The translations under genes and the position numbers were made by a program. The notes beneath the pieces are model-generated. The model had not been told where the DNA came from, made no database searches, and worked only from the letters and a program-made list of their open reading frames with translations. Below, piece after piece: positions 38,293-48,278 of a DNA stretch of 64,000 bases (the first letter of the stretch is position 1; each line of letters begins with the position of its first letter). Location: assembly GCA_964654465.1 (NCBI GenBank), contig CAZZIO010000018.1, positions 1 to 64,000 of the forward strand. Reading direction: 5' to 3'. This DNA comes from an uncultured Dictyoglomota bacterium (GTDB taxonomy: Bacteria > Dictyoglomota > Dictyoglomia > Dictyoglomales > Dictyoglomaceae).

Positions 38293-39500
38293 ACAGAATA
38301 CTTCCCTTCTGCTAATTCATTGCAGAATTTTTCGATATTAGCAAGCTCATTATCAATAATGTTTTCTACTGATTTTGATATATCATAAATTGATACACCA
38401 TTTTCTAAAATAAGTTGAGCAGTAGCAATTTTTGGTTGATCAATTGGCCTTCCAATTTGACTGCAAAGCCATACATATACCTCTTTTATACCAGGAACAT
38501 TCTGATAAATTTCATTTGCTATTTTATGAGTCAAAATATTGTATATTTTTCCTACATGGCTTACAGGATTTTTACCTGCAGCTGCCTCCGTTCCCATAGG
38601 GCGATTTAGTGCAATAACACCATTTACTCTATTTCCTCTTCCCACTTGTCCCGAGTCAGCATCTTCAGCAGAAGTTCCAAGAACACTTATATACATTCCA
38701 TCCATGCCTCTTTCAGGATCATCCAATGTGTTAATATCTATTGTTATCTGATCAAAATTTTGAGCTCTCTCTTGTACAAACTTTTCAACTATTCCTCTAA
38801 TTACTTCCTTTTTCTCAAAATAATCTTGCACACTATTAACATATCTATCGATGAAAGGCATAGCTATAGTAATTTGCAAATTTCTTTTTTGACGAAACGC
38901 CATTATTTTTATGTCTTCTCCTACTTCGGGATGAATTTTCTTAAATTCTGGGGAGTTAAGATATCTTTCAAGTTCTAAAACTATTTTTTCAGTGGATGTT
39001 AAAGGTGCATATCCTACAGCAGCTGAAGTATCGTTAGCTGGAAGAAGACCTTTTCTTCTTCTGAAAATATCAGTAAGCTCTGGAGAGCCAGGATAAAGCT
39101 CCACTTGATATATTACATGTTTATCAGGGTCAACAAATCTCAAGTTTTTTCTAAACCATTCTTTAGCAGTTTCTATTGCTATCTCTTCTACAGGAATTCT
39201 AATACCATCAACTTCAAAAGTCGCTCTGTCTCCTATTACTAAAAGCATTGGTTTTTTCACTTCTCCACCAATGCCAAGCCTTCTTTCAACCTCTCCAGCT
39301 ACTAATAAACTTTTATCAATATTATGGTGTAATACATTTCCCACCCTTCTTATATACTCCTGGGAAAGATTTACAGATATCTGGTCCATGATTGCATCAC
39401 ATATAGAGTCAGGATGTCCTACACCTTTTCTTTCAACTAGTTCTACTCCATGTTCTTCTACTGGTAATGAATTTAATTTTTCAACTACAATGTTTCTCAT
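38286..39500 (-). CDS. mat: S-adenosylmethionine synthetase, archaeal type
   Basis: ELVERKGVGHPDSICD, ANDTS, GEDIKIM, DSGQVGRGNR, GKNPVSHVGKIYN. Confidence 0.93.
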   Translation of the reverse strand: MRNIVVEKLNSLPVEEHGVELVERKGVGHPDSICDAIMDQISVNLSQEYIRRVGNVLHHNIDKSLLVAGEVERRLGIGGEVKKPMLLVIGDRATFEVDGIRIPVEEIAIETAKEWFRKNLRFVDPDKHVIYQVELYPGSPELTDIFRRRKGLLPANDTSAAVGYAPLTSTEKIVLELERYLNSPEFKKIHPEVGEDIKIMAFRQKRNLQITIAMPFIDRYVNSVQDYFEKKEVIRGIVEKFVQERAQNFDQITIDINTLDDPERGMDGMYISVLGTSAEDADSGQVGRGNRVNGVIALNRPMGTEAAAGKNPVSHVGKIYNILTHKIANEIYQNVPGIKEVYVWLCSQIGRPIDQPKIATAQLILENGVSIYDISKSVENIIDNELANIEKFCNELAEGKYSVW

Positions 39501-39625
39501 CTTTCCTATCCTCCTTCTTACTTTTTTGTTGAAAATAAGCAAAAAAATAATATCACAAGTTAATTAATATTACAACAAAAAGTTTATATTAAATAAAAGT
39601 AATACATTTTTCTTAAAATTGCAAT

Positions 39626-39654
39626 AAAAAGAGGGGAACATTTTAGTTCCCCTC
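39626..39654 (-). terminator. Intrinsic terminator after xylB
   Basis: GAGGGGAAC/GTTCCCCTC stem plus T5 on the minus strand. Confidence 0.7.
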
Positions 39655-39688
39655 AATATTATTTTATTATAAACGTATGTTTAAAAAA

Positions 39689-41236
39689 TTACTTCTTATT
39701 AGAGTAATATCTCTCTATAAAATTATGTAATTTTCTATAATATTCCTTCATTATAGGATACAATTCTCTGTAAAGACCATATAATTCTTCATATAGTTTT
39801 GCTCTTTCTTGATCTGGTTCTTCTCTACTTACTACTTTTACTACTTTATCACAAGCATCCTCTACACTCTTGTAAACTCCAACACCAACTCCCGCAAGTA
39901 GAGCAGCGCCATAGGCGGCACCTTCTGTTACATTTATAGTAGTGATAGGAGTATTAAATACATCAGCTAAAATTTGTCTCCAAAGAGGACTTCTTGCACC
40001 TCCAGCTATAGCTCTTATTTCTCTCATATTTATTCCAAGAGCTTTCATAAGTTCCAAAGAATCTCTTAAACCAAAAGCCACTCCTTCTAACACTGATCTT
40101 ACAAAGTAAGGCTTATTATGCCTCAAACTAATTCCCACAAAAATCCCTTTTGCCATAGGATCGGCATGAGGAGTTCTCTCACCAGTAAGATATGGTAAAA
40201 AGATTAATCCCTCTGATCCAGCTGGAACATTACCAGCTTCCATGGTTAAAAACTCATAAGGATCTTTTCCTGTCCATTTAGAAAGCTCTGTTTCTATCTC
40301 CCCAAAAGAGTCTCTAAACCATCTAAAGGATCCACCAGCTGATAACATAACTCCCATAGTATGCCACTTTCCGGGAACTGCATGACAAAAAGTATGAAGT
40401 CTTCCCTCAGGATCTCCTTCTGGAGTATCCAGATGAGCAAAAATTACTCCTGAAGTTCCTAAACTTACAAATAAGACCCCACTTTTTACAATCCCACTAC
40501 CTACTGCTTGCGCTGCATTGTCACCTCCACCACCTACAACAGGAATCCCTGCAGGTAGACCGATTTCTTCAGCAACTTTTGGAAGTAAGGTTCCTGTAAT
40601 CTCAGGAGATTCATATACTTTTGGCATCCAATCCTCTGGAATATCAAGAAGATTTAACATCTCTTTAGACCAAGTTCTCTTTTTTACATCAAAAAGCAAA
40701 GTACCAGAAGCATCAGAAACTTCTGATGCATACTCCCCTGTTAATCTGAATCTTACATAATCCTTTGGTAATAATACTTTAGCAACCTTAGAATAATTCT
40801 CTTGCTCGTTCTCTCTAAGCCAAAGGATTTTGGGGGCTGTAAATCCTGTAAGAGCAAGATTTAAAGTAAGTTCAAGAAGTTTTTTAACCCCTCCTACCCT
40901 TTCTACAATCTCGTCGCATTGCTTAGCTGTCCTTTGGTCGTTCCAAAGAATAGCTCTTCTAATTACATTACCTTTTGAGTCAAGAAAAACAGAACCATGC
41001 ATTTGCCCAGATAATCCTATACCTTTTATCTCTTTTGGTGATACGCCAGTTTTATTTATTAAACTAATAATTGCATCCTTTGTTGCCTTCCACCAATCCT
41101 CTGGATCTTGTTCAGACCAAGAAGGAAAAGGAGTATATAGAGGATACTCAAAAGTTGAACTTCCTAATACTTTTCCTTCCTCATCAATAAGCAAAGCTTT
41201 AGTTCCAGAAGTACCCACATCAATACCTAAAAGCAC
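39689..41236 (-). CDS. xylB: Xylulokinase (FGGY family)
   Basis: GIDVGTSGTK, SGQMHG, ILWNDQRT, PYLTGERTPH. Confidence 0.9.
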   Translation of the reverse strand: MLLGIDVGTSGTKALLIDEEGKVLGSSTFEYPLYTPFPSWSEQDPEDWWKATKDAIISLINKTGVSPKEIKGIGLSGQMHGSVFLDSKGNVIRRAILWNDQRTAKQCDEIVERVGGVKKLLELTLNLALTGFTAPKILWLRENEQENYSKVAKVLLPKDYVRFRLTGEYASEVSDASGTLLFDVKKRTWSKEMLNLLDIPEDWMPKVYESPEITGTLLPKVAEEIGLPAGIPVVGGGGDNAAQAVGSGIVKSGVLFVSLGTSGVIFAHLDTPEGDPEGRLHTFCHAVPGKWHTMGVMLSAGGSFRWFRDSFGEIETELSKWTGKDPYEFLTMEAGNVPAGSEGLIFLPYLTGERTPHADPMAKGIFVGISLRHNKPYFVRSVLEGVAFGLRDSLELMKALGINMREIRAIAGGARSPLWRQILADVFNTPITTINVTEGAAYGAALLAGVGVGVYKSVEDACDKVVKVVSREEPDQERAKLYEELYGLYRELYPIMKEYYRKLHNFIERYYSNKK

Positions 41237-41275
41237 TTTTTTCCACCTCACCTTTCCTATGGAGTTTTATCTTTG

Positions 41276-41304
41276 ATTATAAAAACGTTTTTCTTTTTAG
41301 TCAA
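41276..41304 (-). promoter_or_regulatory. xylB promoter with a palindromic operator in the spacer
   Basis: TTGACT-17 bp-TATAAT; AAAAACGTTTTT palindrome at 41281-41292. Confidence 0.7.
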
Positions 41305-41385
41305 TAAAAAAAATAAAGATACCATAAAAAATTTATAATATTTCCTTATAAAACTCTTCTTTTAAGAGTTGTCCCTTTTCTCACT

Positions 41386-41412
41386 ATAGGGAGGAGTAAA
41401 ACTCCTCCCTAT
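41386..41412 (-). terminator. Hairpin at the end of the hydB-like gene
   Basis: ATAGGGAGGAGT-AAA-ACTCCTCCCTAT. Confidence 0.6.
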
Positions 41413-43202
41413 TATTCTTTTCTAATAGCTTTAAATGGACATACCTGGAAACATATTCCACACTTAGTACATTTACTCTGATCAATAACATATGTTCCAT
41501 CTTCGTCTTTATAGATCGCCCCTACAGGACAATTTCTAAAACATATAGAACATTTCCTACACTCTTCCCTTATTACCTCATAATGAATCAAGGCAGTACA
41601 AACTTTTGCAGGACATTTTTTATCCCTAATATGGGCAAGGTATTCATCCCTGAAGTATTTTAATGTTGTTAAAACAGGATTAGGAGCTCCTTTCCCAAGA
41701 CCACAAAGTGATGTATTTCTCACAGTATAAGCCAATTGTTCAAGCTCTAATAAATCCTCTTCCGTCCCTTCACCTTTTGTTATTTTATCTAAAATTTCCA
41801 ACATTCTCTTAGTACCTACTCTGCATGGTACACACTTTCCACAAGATTCGTCTTGCGTAAAAGACAAGAAAAATTTAGCAACATCTACCATACAGTTATC
41901 TTCATCCATAACGATAAGTCCACCAGATCCCATGATGGCTCCAAGGGCAGTTATTGATTCATAATCTATAGGTGTATCTAAGTATTCCGCTGGTATACAA
42001 CCCCCAGCTGGACCTCCTATCTGGACAGCTTTAAACTTCTTTCCATTAGGTATTCCACCACCAATATTGTAAACTACCTCTCTCAAAGTTATACCCATAG
42101 GTACTTCTATAAGTCCTGTCATATTTATTTTCCCAGCTAAAGCAAAAACCTTAGTCCCTTTACTCTTCTCTGTTCCATAACTTGCAAACCAATCAGCACC
42201 ATTAATAATTATTGGTGGAATATTAGCCCACGTTTCTACATTATTTATCACAGTAGGTTTTCCCCATAATCCAGAATTTACTGGAAAAGGCGGACGGGGT
42301 CTTGGCATACCTCTTTTACCTTCTATAGATGCAATTAATGCTGTCTCCTCTCCACAAACAAAAGCTCCTGCTCCAATTCTAATCTCAATATCAAAGGAAA
42401 AATCAGTACCCAATATATTGTCTCCTAAAAGGCCATAATTTCTTGCTTGTTCTAAAGCTGCAGTAAGTCTTTTAATAGCTAAAGGATATTCAGCTCTTAT
42501 ATAGACAAATCCTTTCTTAGCTCCAATAGCATAACCTCCAATTAACATACCTTCAATAACAGAGTGAGGATCACCTTCCATAATACTTCTATCCATAAAA
42601 GCTCCAGGATCCCCTTCATCTGCATTACAAACTACATACTTTTCCGATCCAGAAGCTTTTCTACCAAGCTCCCATTTTAATCCAGTAGGAAAACCCGCTC
42701 CTCCCCTTCCACGAAGACCAGATTTTTTAACTTCAGAAATTACATCTTCTGGAGACATTTGAGTAAGAACTTTTGCAATAGCAGAATAACCATCTCTTGC
42801 AATATATTCCTCAATATTTAGAGGATCAATAAACCCTACATTTCTTAAAGCAATTCTTACTTGATTTTTAAAAAATGGAAGATCGTTAATGGTTGGTATA
42901 AATTGTTTTTGCTCCGGTTCTTTTACAAGAAGCCTCTCCACAATCCTACCCTTAATAAGGTGTTCATATACAATCTCTTTTGCATCCTGTGGCTTTAATT
43001 TAACATAAAAAGTCCCCTCTGGATATATGGCCATAACTGGCCCTAAATCACAAGTACCAAAACATCCAGTTTCAATAATTTTTACTTCATCGTAAATACC
43101 TGCTTCTTTTAATTCCCTTTCAAGGGCTGATTTGAAAGTTTCTTCACCTGCAGAAATGCATGCTGCACCTGCACATAAAAGAATATGTGCTCTCTCTGGC
43201 AT
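41412..43202 (-). CDS. hydB: NuoF-like diaphorase subunit of a bifurcating [FeFe]-hydrogenase-type complex (HydB)
   Basis: GRGGAGFPTG, CNADEGDPGA, CGEETAL, CGKCVPCR; C-terminal 2x[4Fe-4S]. Confidence 0.9.
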   Translation of the reverse strand: MPERAHILLCAGAACISAGEETFKSALERELKEAGIYDEVKIIETGCFGTCDLGPVMAIYPEGTFYVKLKPQDAKEIVYEHLIKGRIVERLLVKEPEQKQFIPTINDLPFFKNQVRIALRNVGFIDPLNIEEYIARDGYSAIAKVLTQMSPEDVISEVKKSGLRGRGGAGFPTGLKWELGRKASGSEKYVVCNADEGDPGAFMDRSIMEGDPHSVIEGMLIGGYAIGAKKGFVYIRAEYPLAIKRLTAALEQARNYGLLGDNILGTDFSFDIEIRIGAGAFVCGEETALIASIEGKRGMPRPRPPFPVNSGLWGKPTVINNVETWANIPPIIINGADWFASYGTEKSKGTKVFALAGKINMTGLIEVPMGITLREVVYNIGGGIPNGKKFKAVQIGGPAGGCIPAEYLDTPIDYESITALGAIMGSGGLIVMDEDNCMVDVAKFFLSFTQDESCGKCVPCRVGTKRMLEILDKITKGEGTEEDLLELEQLAYTVRNTSLCGLGKGAPNPVLTTLKYFRDEYLAHIRDKKCPAKVCTALIHYEVIREECRKCSICFRNCPVGAIYKDEDGTYVIDQSKCTKCGICFQVCPFKAIRKE

Positions 43203-43231
43203 TTTTAAACCTCCTTATATTGTTTTATTCT

Positions 43232-43600
43232 TTATTCAGTAGAAAGAACATCCTCAGATACAACCTGACCATTAACCACATGTTGAGCAATTATCTTTCT
43301 TGCCTTTTCAGGGGTTACATGTTTATAAAGAACCTTATGTCCTCCTAACTTTTGAACAGATATTAATGGCTCATACTCACAAAGTCCAATACATCCTGCC
43401 TGAGTTACAACCACATTTTTTAAACCTCTTTTTTCTATCTCATCCAAAATAGCCAATAATGTCTCCCTTGCGCCAGCTGCTATTCCACACGTCCCCATAT
43501 GTACTACTATCTTATCCTTACCTTCAGGACTCCTCATCTCAAGTTCTGCTTGAGTCTTTTCTTTAATCTTCTTAAGATCCTCTAAAGTTAATTTTTTCAT
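43232..43600 (-). CDS. Thioredoxin-like [2Fe-2S] ferredoxin subunit (HydD-like)
   Basis: VHMGTCGIAAGA, GCIGLCEYEP. Confidence 0.85.
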   Translation of the reverse strand: MKKLTLEDLKKIKEKTQAELEMRSPEGKDKIVVHMGTCGIAAGARETLLAILDEIEKRGLKNVVVTQAGCIGLCEYEPLISVQKLGGHKVLYKHVTPEKARKIIAQHVVNGQVVSEDVLSTE

Positions 43601-43601
43601 T

Positions 43602-44135
43602 TTACCAACCTCCCAAATTTTCATTTAAAAATTCTTTTAAAAAAGAAATTACTTCTGGAGAATTAATAGGTATTCTAATAGACTCCTTTATTTCCTTTGT
43701 AGAAATATTGATCTCATCACCATTTTTAACTATCTTAATCTCAAAATCTATATCTGGATTTGTAGCTATCAAGCCCCATATAGTCCCAGAAAGATTTCCC
43801 ATAGGAGGTAAATCTACACATAAAAAAGGAACTTCTGCATAAATCTCTGTGCCTTTTCCTACCTCAGAGTTAATCTTTACCTCTCCCCCACAATTTTTAA
43901 TCAACTCGTAAAATAGAGGAATACCAAGACCAACTTTCCTTGTAGTTCTACTTGTAAAAAATGGATTTTTAATCTCTTCTAATATTTCTTTTGGCATACC
44001 TTTTCCATCATCTTTTATAATTATATACAAAATTCCCCTTTGGAGATCTTTTCTAATCTCCAAGTAAATATTTTTTGCATTAGCTTCTATAGAATTTTGT
44101 ACAAGATCCAAAATATGAAGAGATAATTCTTTCAT
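43602..44135 (-). CDS. HATPase (histidine-kinase-like) protein of hyd operons
   Basis: LHILDLVQNS, DDGKGM, RKVGLGIP. Confidence 0.85.
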   Translation of the reverse strand: MKELSLHILDLVQNSIEANAKNIYLEIRKDLQRGILYIIIKDDGKGMPKEILEEIKNPFFTSRTTRKVGLGIPLFYELIKNCGGEVKINSEVGKGTEIYAEVPFLCVDLPPMGNLSGTIWGLIATNPDIDFEIKIVKNGDEINISTKEIKESIRIPINSPEVISFLKEFLNENLGGW

Positions 44136-44620
44136 TGATGTTCTTTTCTAAAGTTTTCAATTAATTTTCTCAACTTATCAGGAGTAAGTTTTCCATAAAC
44201 ATCATCGTCTATCATGAGAGCTGGTGCCATACTACAAGCTCCAATACACCTTACAAGATCCAAAGAAAAGAACCCATCCTCTGTTACTTTACCTTCTTTA
44301 AGTCCCATCTGCTCAAGAGTTCTGAGTAAGTCCTCAGCTCCTTTAACATAACAAGCCGTTCCCATACAAAGTCTTATTACATGCTTGCCTTGAGGCTCAA
44401 GTCGGAAAAAGGAATAAAATGTTACTACACCGTAAATCTCACTTAATGGTACTTTTAATCTTTCAGAAATCAGTTCTAAAGCTTCACGAGGTAGATATCC
44501 AAACTTTTCCTGAACTGCGTGAAGGATCATAATCAAAGATCCCCTTGAGTTTGCAAAACGGTCTAGAATCTTTTCTACCTCTTTCTGAGCATATTCGGAA
44601 AACTTTAATTCTACTGCCAT
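44132..44620 (-). CDS. hydC: NuoE-like [2Fe-2S] subunit (HydC)
   Basis: CMGTACYVKG, CIGACSMAP. Confidence 0.9.
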   Translation of the reverse strand: MAVELKFSEYAQKEVEKILDRFANSRGSLIMILHAVQEKFGYLPREALELISERLKVPLSEIYGVVTFYSFFRLEPQGKHVIRLCMGTACYVKGAEDLLRTLEQMGLKEGKVTEDGFFSLDLVRCIGACSMAPALMIDDDVYGKLTPDKLRKLIENFRKEHQ

Positions 44621-44622
44621 TT

Positions 44623-45366
44623 CTATACCTCCATTTCCTGTATTTTTACATTTTTTTCTTTCAAGCTTTTAAAAACTGCTTTTTTAGAAAATTCTTCTAA
44701 ATATATAAAAGTTTTTGGTTCTTTTATATCCTCTAAATAGTGAGCATCAGAAGAAATTAAAAATTTCTTATCTTTCAGTTCTGGGTGCTCGCTAATAAAT
44801 TTAGTATAGCTTATCTTGTTAGACAATTCTATAAAATCAAAAAATAAATCCTTCGGAATAAAACCCAAATTTGATATTATACTAAAGGAAGGCCTATCCA
44901 CATGGGCTAATATTATTATCCCGCCATATTCTTTTATTTTTTTAACTGTGTCTGTAACCCTAAGTGATATAGAGGTATTTAATAACCTTTCCTCTATTCT
45001 TTCTACCTCATCATTCTCATTAACCACTACTTGTACTCCAAAAATTTCTTCTCTATTTTTAGTATCTGGTAAATAGTTAAAAATATCTTTTTGAAATTTT
45101 AAAGCTGTATCATAATCTTCAAATAAAGCCAATATATGCACTTCTTCACTGGTTTGAATTTCCATACCTGGTATTACTAAAACACCCATTCTATCTCCCC
45201 AGAAAGAGATAGCAGGATAATTTTCTACCATATGATGATCGGTTATCGCTATAACTCCTATATTCATTTTCTTTACTCTCTCTATAATGTTTTTAGGACT
45301 CATACTCCAATCTCCACAAGGAGAAAGAACCGAATGTATATGCAAATCTATCCCTACCCATGCCAA
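44623..45366 (-). CDS. PHP-domain phosphoesterase
   Basis: DLHIHSVLSPC, ITDH, AHVDR, SSDAH. Confidence 0.9.
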   Translation of the reverse strand: MAWVGIDLHIHSVLSPCGDWSMSPKNIIERVKKMNIGVIAITDHHMVENYPAISFWGDRMGVLVIPGMEIQTSEEVHILALFEDYDTALKFQKDIFNYLPDTKNREEIFGVQVVVNENDEVERIEERLLNTSISLRVTDTVKKIKEYGGIIILAHVDRPSFSIISNLGFIPKDLFFDFIELSNKISYTKFISEHPELKDKKFLISSDAHYLEDIKEPKTFIYLEEFSKKAVFKSLKEKNVKIQEMEV

Positions 45367-45384
45367 ATAAAAAATTCCTCCTCA

Positions 45385-45753
45385 CTATGAATCATTAATA
45401 GAGGTAGGCACAATACCTTTATTATATAGAATTCCACTAACCTCAAAAACTATTTTATCAGTACTTATAAGAATAATTCCTTTTTCTTTAGAAAGTTCAA
45501 CAACTTCCTTAGGAACTACTTTTCCTCTGCAGACAATTATCATTGGTATATCAAGAATCTCAGCAGTGCGAACAATTTGTGAATTTGTGATCCCCGTAAT
45601 AAGTACCACATCTTTTTCATTAGAAGTTACCATAGCTAACACATCACTCATAAGATCTGCAGCAAAAGCCTTTTTAATATCTACCTCATCTAACAAATTT
45701 TCTCCTGCCAATACCTTCCCATTAATCAACTCTACAATCTCTCTTGCCTTCAT
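45385..45753 (-). CDS. DRTGG-domain protein
   Basis: AADLMSDVL, ITG, RTAEILD. Confidence 0.8.
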   Translation of the reverse strand: MKAREIVELINGKVLAGENLLDEVDIKKAFAADLMSDVLAMVTSNEKDVVLITGITNSQIVRTAEILDIPMIIVCRGKVVPKEVVELSKEKGIILISTDKIVFEVSGILYNKGIVPTSINDS

Positions 45754-46097
45754 TGAAGCCTATCTACTCCTTTTATTCCTAAACTATAAAGTTTACCTAC
45801 CACATTAAAGGCATTATCTTTAGTAATTAATAAAGCAATTTTTTCTTCTTTTGCCTTTTTAATAGTCTCTTCATCAGGATTTTGACCTGAAACAAAAATT
45901 ATACTTTTAATTCCAGTAAGTACTGCAACTGCTATAGTATTTACATGAGTCTGAATAGTAACCCATACCGAATCTTCGGGAGCATGAGCCATAACAAAAG
46001 AAAGCAAATCACTTACAATTCCACCCCTAATTTCATAATCCTCATCCATATAAATAACATTTAACTCCAAATTTCTAACAATTTCACTCAGTTTCAT
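45750..46097 (-). CDS. DRTGG-domain protein
   Basis: SDLLSFVM, WVTIQTHVN. Confidence 0.8.
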   Translation of the reverse strand: MKLSEIVRNLELNVIYMDEDYEIRGGIVSDLLSFVMAHAPEDSVWVTIQTHVNTIAVAVLTGIKSIIFVSGQNPDEETIKKAKEEKIALLITKDNAFNVVGKLYSLGIKGVDRLQ

Positions 46098-47409
46098 CTT
46101 TTTCTTCCCTCCGTTTTAAGACAACCGAAGAGGATCTTCTGGATAATTCTTCCATCTCTTTTGCCATTTTCCATAACTTTTCCTTAAGAAGAAATATACA
46201 ATCATAGATTTGAGCATCTCCTCTCACTATATCTTCTGCTAAAGCAGCGCAAGTAGGAGATCCACATGAACCACAATCAAGTCCAGGAAGCATTTCCATT
46301 ATTTTTCTCATATCCTCCATCTTTCTTAAAGCCCTATTTATATCTTCATCTAATTTCCAAATAGGTCTTGGTAAAATAGGAGAAGTTCTTAATACTTCTG
46401 ATAGATTTATATCCTCACAAAGAGATTTTTTTATAAAATCTTTATCAAGTTTTTTGTATAAGGCTAAAATTCTTTTCTTGGCAAGATAATAGTTCTCAGG
46501 ATTTAATACCCCTCCAACACAACCTTCCTCACAAGCCCTAAGCTCCAAAAACTTCACATCCTGAAGTTTATTTCTTTCTAAATCTTCAAGAACTCTGGCT
46601 ACCTTTTCTATACCTCCCACACTTATTACTTCTTCTTCGTTGAATACCATTCCCTCTCCCCCAAGAGCTCCTGATAAAATTCCCTTTGCATAAAACCCAC
46701 CATCTATTGCTTCTACCTCTCTATTGTCATCTTTAAGTTCCTTTTTTATTTTTAAGTAAATATTATCAATGCCTATAACAAATTCAAAACCTTCTTCCTT
46801 ATTTTGTTTTAAATATGTAGCAAAGGCAGGACAAGGAGTAATATAAGCAAGATGAAGTATTCCTCTTTCTTCCTTCTTCCATAACTTTTTTATTATACTC
46901 CCCGCTATCTCAACAGGTGTTTTAAAGGGTGATAAGTTAGAAATCAAAGTAGGAAAACGTACTTGTATTAACTCTACAACAGCAGGACAGTAAGTGGATA
47001 TAAGTGGAAGATTGCGAGAACTATTAATATAGTCCATAAGAGCTTCTTGTAAAAGGAATAAACCACAGGTAGTATCCCAAACTTCTACCGCATTAGTTAC
47101 CTTTTTAATTGCTCTTTGAATCTCAAAAGGAGAATAATTAGTTGTAAATTGGGAATATATCTCGGGAGATATTACTACAACTAAATTATCTAAATAAGAT
47201 ATACTATCATAGGTGTGAGTAAATCCAAAAGGTGCATGATATGGGCAAACTCTAATGCATTCCCCACAATCGATACATCTATATGGAAGAATGAGGGATT
47301 TTCCATTACGAACCCTCATAGCTTCAGTAGGGCAATGCCTTATACAATGAATACACCCCTTACACCTCTGCAAATTAATAGCCACTGAATGAATATATTT
47401 CTCACTCAT
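46084..47409 (-). CDS. Divergent [FeFe]-hydrogenase-like protein (group C/D type) with N- and C-terminal FeS domains
   Basis: N-terminal 2x[4Fe-4S]; H-domain motifs STYCPA, TPCPAF, ELRACEEGCVGG; C-terminal LPGLDCGSCGSPTC. Confidence 0.85.
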   Translation of the reverse strand: MSEKYIHSVAINLQRCKGCIHCIRHCPTEAMRVRNGKSLILPYRCIDCGECIRVCPYHAPFGFTHTYDSISYLDNLVVVISPEIYSQFTTNYSPFEIQRAIKKVTNAVEVWDTTCGLFLLQEALMDYINSSRNLPLISTYCPAVVELIQVRFPTLISNLSPFKTPVEIAGSIIKKLWKKEERGILHLAYITPCPAFATYLKQNKEEGFEFVIGIDNIYLKIKKELKDDNREVEAIDGGFYAKGILSGALGGEGMVFNEEEVISVGGIEKVARVLEDLERNKLQDVKFLELRACEEGCVGGVLNPENYYLAKKRILALYKKLDKDFIKKSLCEDINLSEVLRTSPILPRPIWKLDEDINRALRKMEDMRKIMEMLPGLDCGSCGSPTCAALAEDIVRGDAQIYDCIFLLKEKLWKMAKEMEELSRRSSSVVLKRREEKDETE

Positions 47410-48278
47410 TGTCTTTCCCTCTTTAAATATATTTTCGAGTACACCTTTGTACCCTTTCCCACTTCGGACTCAATCTTTAATTCATCTGATGAATTCTTAA
47501 TATTTGGAAGTCCCATACCTGCCCCAAATCCCATTTCCCTAATATTATCTGGTGCTGTTGAATAACCTGGTTGCATAGCAAGCTCTATATCAGGAATTCC
47601 TGGACCTTCATCCTCAGCAATTATTTCAATATACTCTGGTGTAACTTTTACTCTTAAAACTCCCCTGTAGGCGTGAATAACTATGTTCATCTCAGCCTCA
47701 TAAGTGACGACCGCAACCCTTCTAAGTATATCTACACTTATTCCAAGTTGTTGCAAAGCTTTTTTTATATTACTGGACGCCATACCAGCAAGAGCAAAAT
47801 CTCCCCCTAACACAGGAAACTCCAAAGTTAATATATTTTCCTCTTTGGGCTCCTGAGTAATAGTTCCTTCTATATCTTCCACATCTACCAAATTCAAAAC
47901 TACATCCTTAGTACTTAACATTCCTAAAACCTTTTTTTCATTATCTATTACAGGAAATCTTCCATACCTAAATTGTCGGAATCTAATCAAAGCTTCATAC
48001 AAAGTATTATCTGGAGACAAACATTTTGGATCTCTTACCATATACTTTCCACACGGTGAGTTTAAATCGCCATTAACAAGTGCCACAATTACATTCTCTA
48101 CAGTGACTAAACCTACAAGCCTATCTATATCATCTACAATAGGAATTGCATCAATTCTTTTGATTCTCATAATTTCTTGAATTGAACGCATATCTTGGTA
48201 AGGTTTTAACCTTACTATATCTGTGTTCATTATATCTTTTACTTTTATTTTTTCTAAATATTCCTTAGGTATCTTCAA
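47406..48278 (-). CDS. CBS-pair + RsbT-like anti-sigma Ser/Thr kinase fusion
   Basis: Two CBS repeats followed by YEAEMNIVIHA, DEGPGIPD, GAGMGLPN. Confidence 0.85.
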   Translation of the reverse strand: MKIPKEYLEKIKVKDIMNTDIVRLKPYQDMRSIQEIMRIKRIDAIPIVDDIDRLVGLVTVENVIVALVNGDLNSPCGKYMVRDPKCLSPDNTLYEALIRFRQFRYGRFPVIDNEKKVLGMLSTKDVVLNLVDVEDIEGTITQEPKEENILTLEFPVLGGDFALAGMASSNIKKALQQLGISVDILRRVAVVTYEAEMNIVIHAYRGVLRVKVTPEYIEIIAEDEGPGIPDIELAMQPGYSTAPDNIREMGFGAGMGLPNIKNSSDELKIESEVGKGTKVYSKIYLKRERQ

